From: an uncultured Gammaproteobacteria bacterium
GTDB lineage: Bacteria > Patescibacteriota > Microgenomatia > UBA12405
Length of the DNA: 41,232 nucleotides
Assembly: GCA_964405765.1 (NCBI GenBank)
Contig: CAYOPC010000004.1
Span: forward strand, 1 to 41,232
Direction of reading: 5' to 3'
Part shown: positions 41,018-41,232 of the stretch, piece by piece
How the letters are laid out: each line of letters opens with the position of its first letter
Numbering within the stretch: the first letter of the stretch is position 1
The notes under the pieces: model-generated
Told to the model about the DNA's origin: nothing
The model's database searches: none
The model's input: the letters and a program-made list of their open reading frames with translations, nothing else
Program-made: the position numbers and the translations under genes

Positions 41018-41061
41018 AAACCCTATCCCTACCCTTTCCCTTGACAGGGCAAGGGTAAAAA
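41018..41061 (+). repeat. palindromic repeat unit (type C)
   Basis: AAACCCTATCCCTACCCTTTCCCTTGACAGGGCAAGGGTAAAAA, starting 1 nt after the C15-like start codon. Confidence 0.9.
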
Positions 41062-41077
41062 CAAAAATTTAATTAAT

Positions 41078-41232
41078 TTATTTCTTTTCAATATTGAAGA
41101 GGTCGGATTTGATAACGATGGCGCCGGGGGCGCGAAGATTGAAGGCAGTTTTGAAAGTGGAGGCGGAGAAAGTGAAGTCACCTTTGTCGGTAGAGAAACG
41201 AACATTTTTAGTAATACCACCAGTAGAATAGT
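41078..41232 (-). CDS. 3' end of a CDS truncated by the window edge (product unknown)
   Basis: The minus-strand frame is open to the window edge and reads ..YSTGGITKNVRFSTDKGDFTFSASTFKTAFNLRAPGAIVIKSDLFNIEKK-TAA. Its composition looks more protein-like than the tracked ORF 41029..41220. Confidence 0.3.
   Translation of the reverse strand, partial: YSTGGITKNVRFSTDKGDFTFSASTFKTAFNLRAPGAIVIKSDLFNIEKK

Noticed and set aside
3634-41061. Dispersed short repeats considered as a CRISPR array or arrays
   Set aside because: The units are not identical direct repeats separated by unique spacers of constant length. They belong to several subfamilies, abut or nest within one another, lie inside ORFs, and no cas genes are present.
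41029-41220. Tracked ORF 41029..41220 (63 aa)
   Set aside because: It is Pro/Ser-rich and low-complexity, and its C-terminus (..LPLPCQGKG) is a repeat translation. Another minus-strand frame is open to the window edge and looks more like real coding sequence.

Overview
Low-GC bacterial chromosome segment. Hand counts on sample 60-nt lines give about 30% G+C in typical genes. Gene content suggests a Patescibacteria/CPR-like genome (inference): compact housekeeping genes, a four-helix-bundle protein, small membrane proteins, an archaeal-type triosephosphate isomerase and a giant orphan ORF. Recognisable genes are dnaG-rpoD, trpS, rplY, valS, a t6A cluster (TsaC-TsaE fusion plus tsaD), rnhA, tpiA, smpB and a tmRNA-like ssrA. 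Also present are a polyprenyl synthase, a Xer-type recombinase, a VirD4/TraG-like P-loop ATPase, a HigB/HigA-like toxin-antitoxin pair, a ZIP transporter, VanW, ComF and two SPFH proteins. The dominant unusual signal is a family of about 30 short (40-60 nt) two-hairpin palindromic repeat units. Every copy I recognised lies in the same orientation. They sit at gene boundaries, nest inside one another, and are translated in frame inside tsaD, the tsaC-tsaE fusion, valS and a peptidase-like gene, which resembles Rickettsia palindromic elements. Other second-look items: a tRNA hotspot holding a split or duplicated tRNA-like gene with a non-canonical palindromic anticodon arm and a nested tRNA-Ile(UAU); a GC-rich ~1.5 kb islet between tRNA genes; a possible Trp-codon leader-peptide attenuator upstream of trpS; a tmRNA whose acceptor stem lacks G3:U70; a 1191-aa orphan ORF lying between smpB and ssrA; a tandem pair of small 8-Cys proteins in an envelope operon; and a recurrent AT-rich AATTAATAATTAAGAATTAAT motif. 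I saw no CRISPR array, rRNA or transposase. All calls come from reading the sequence and motif memory, and no database search was run.
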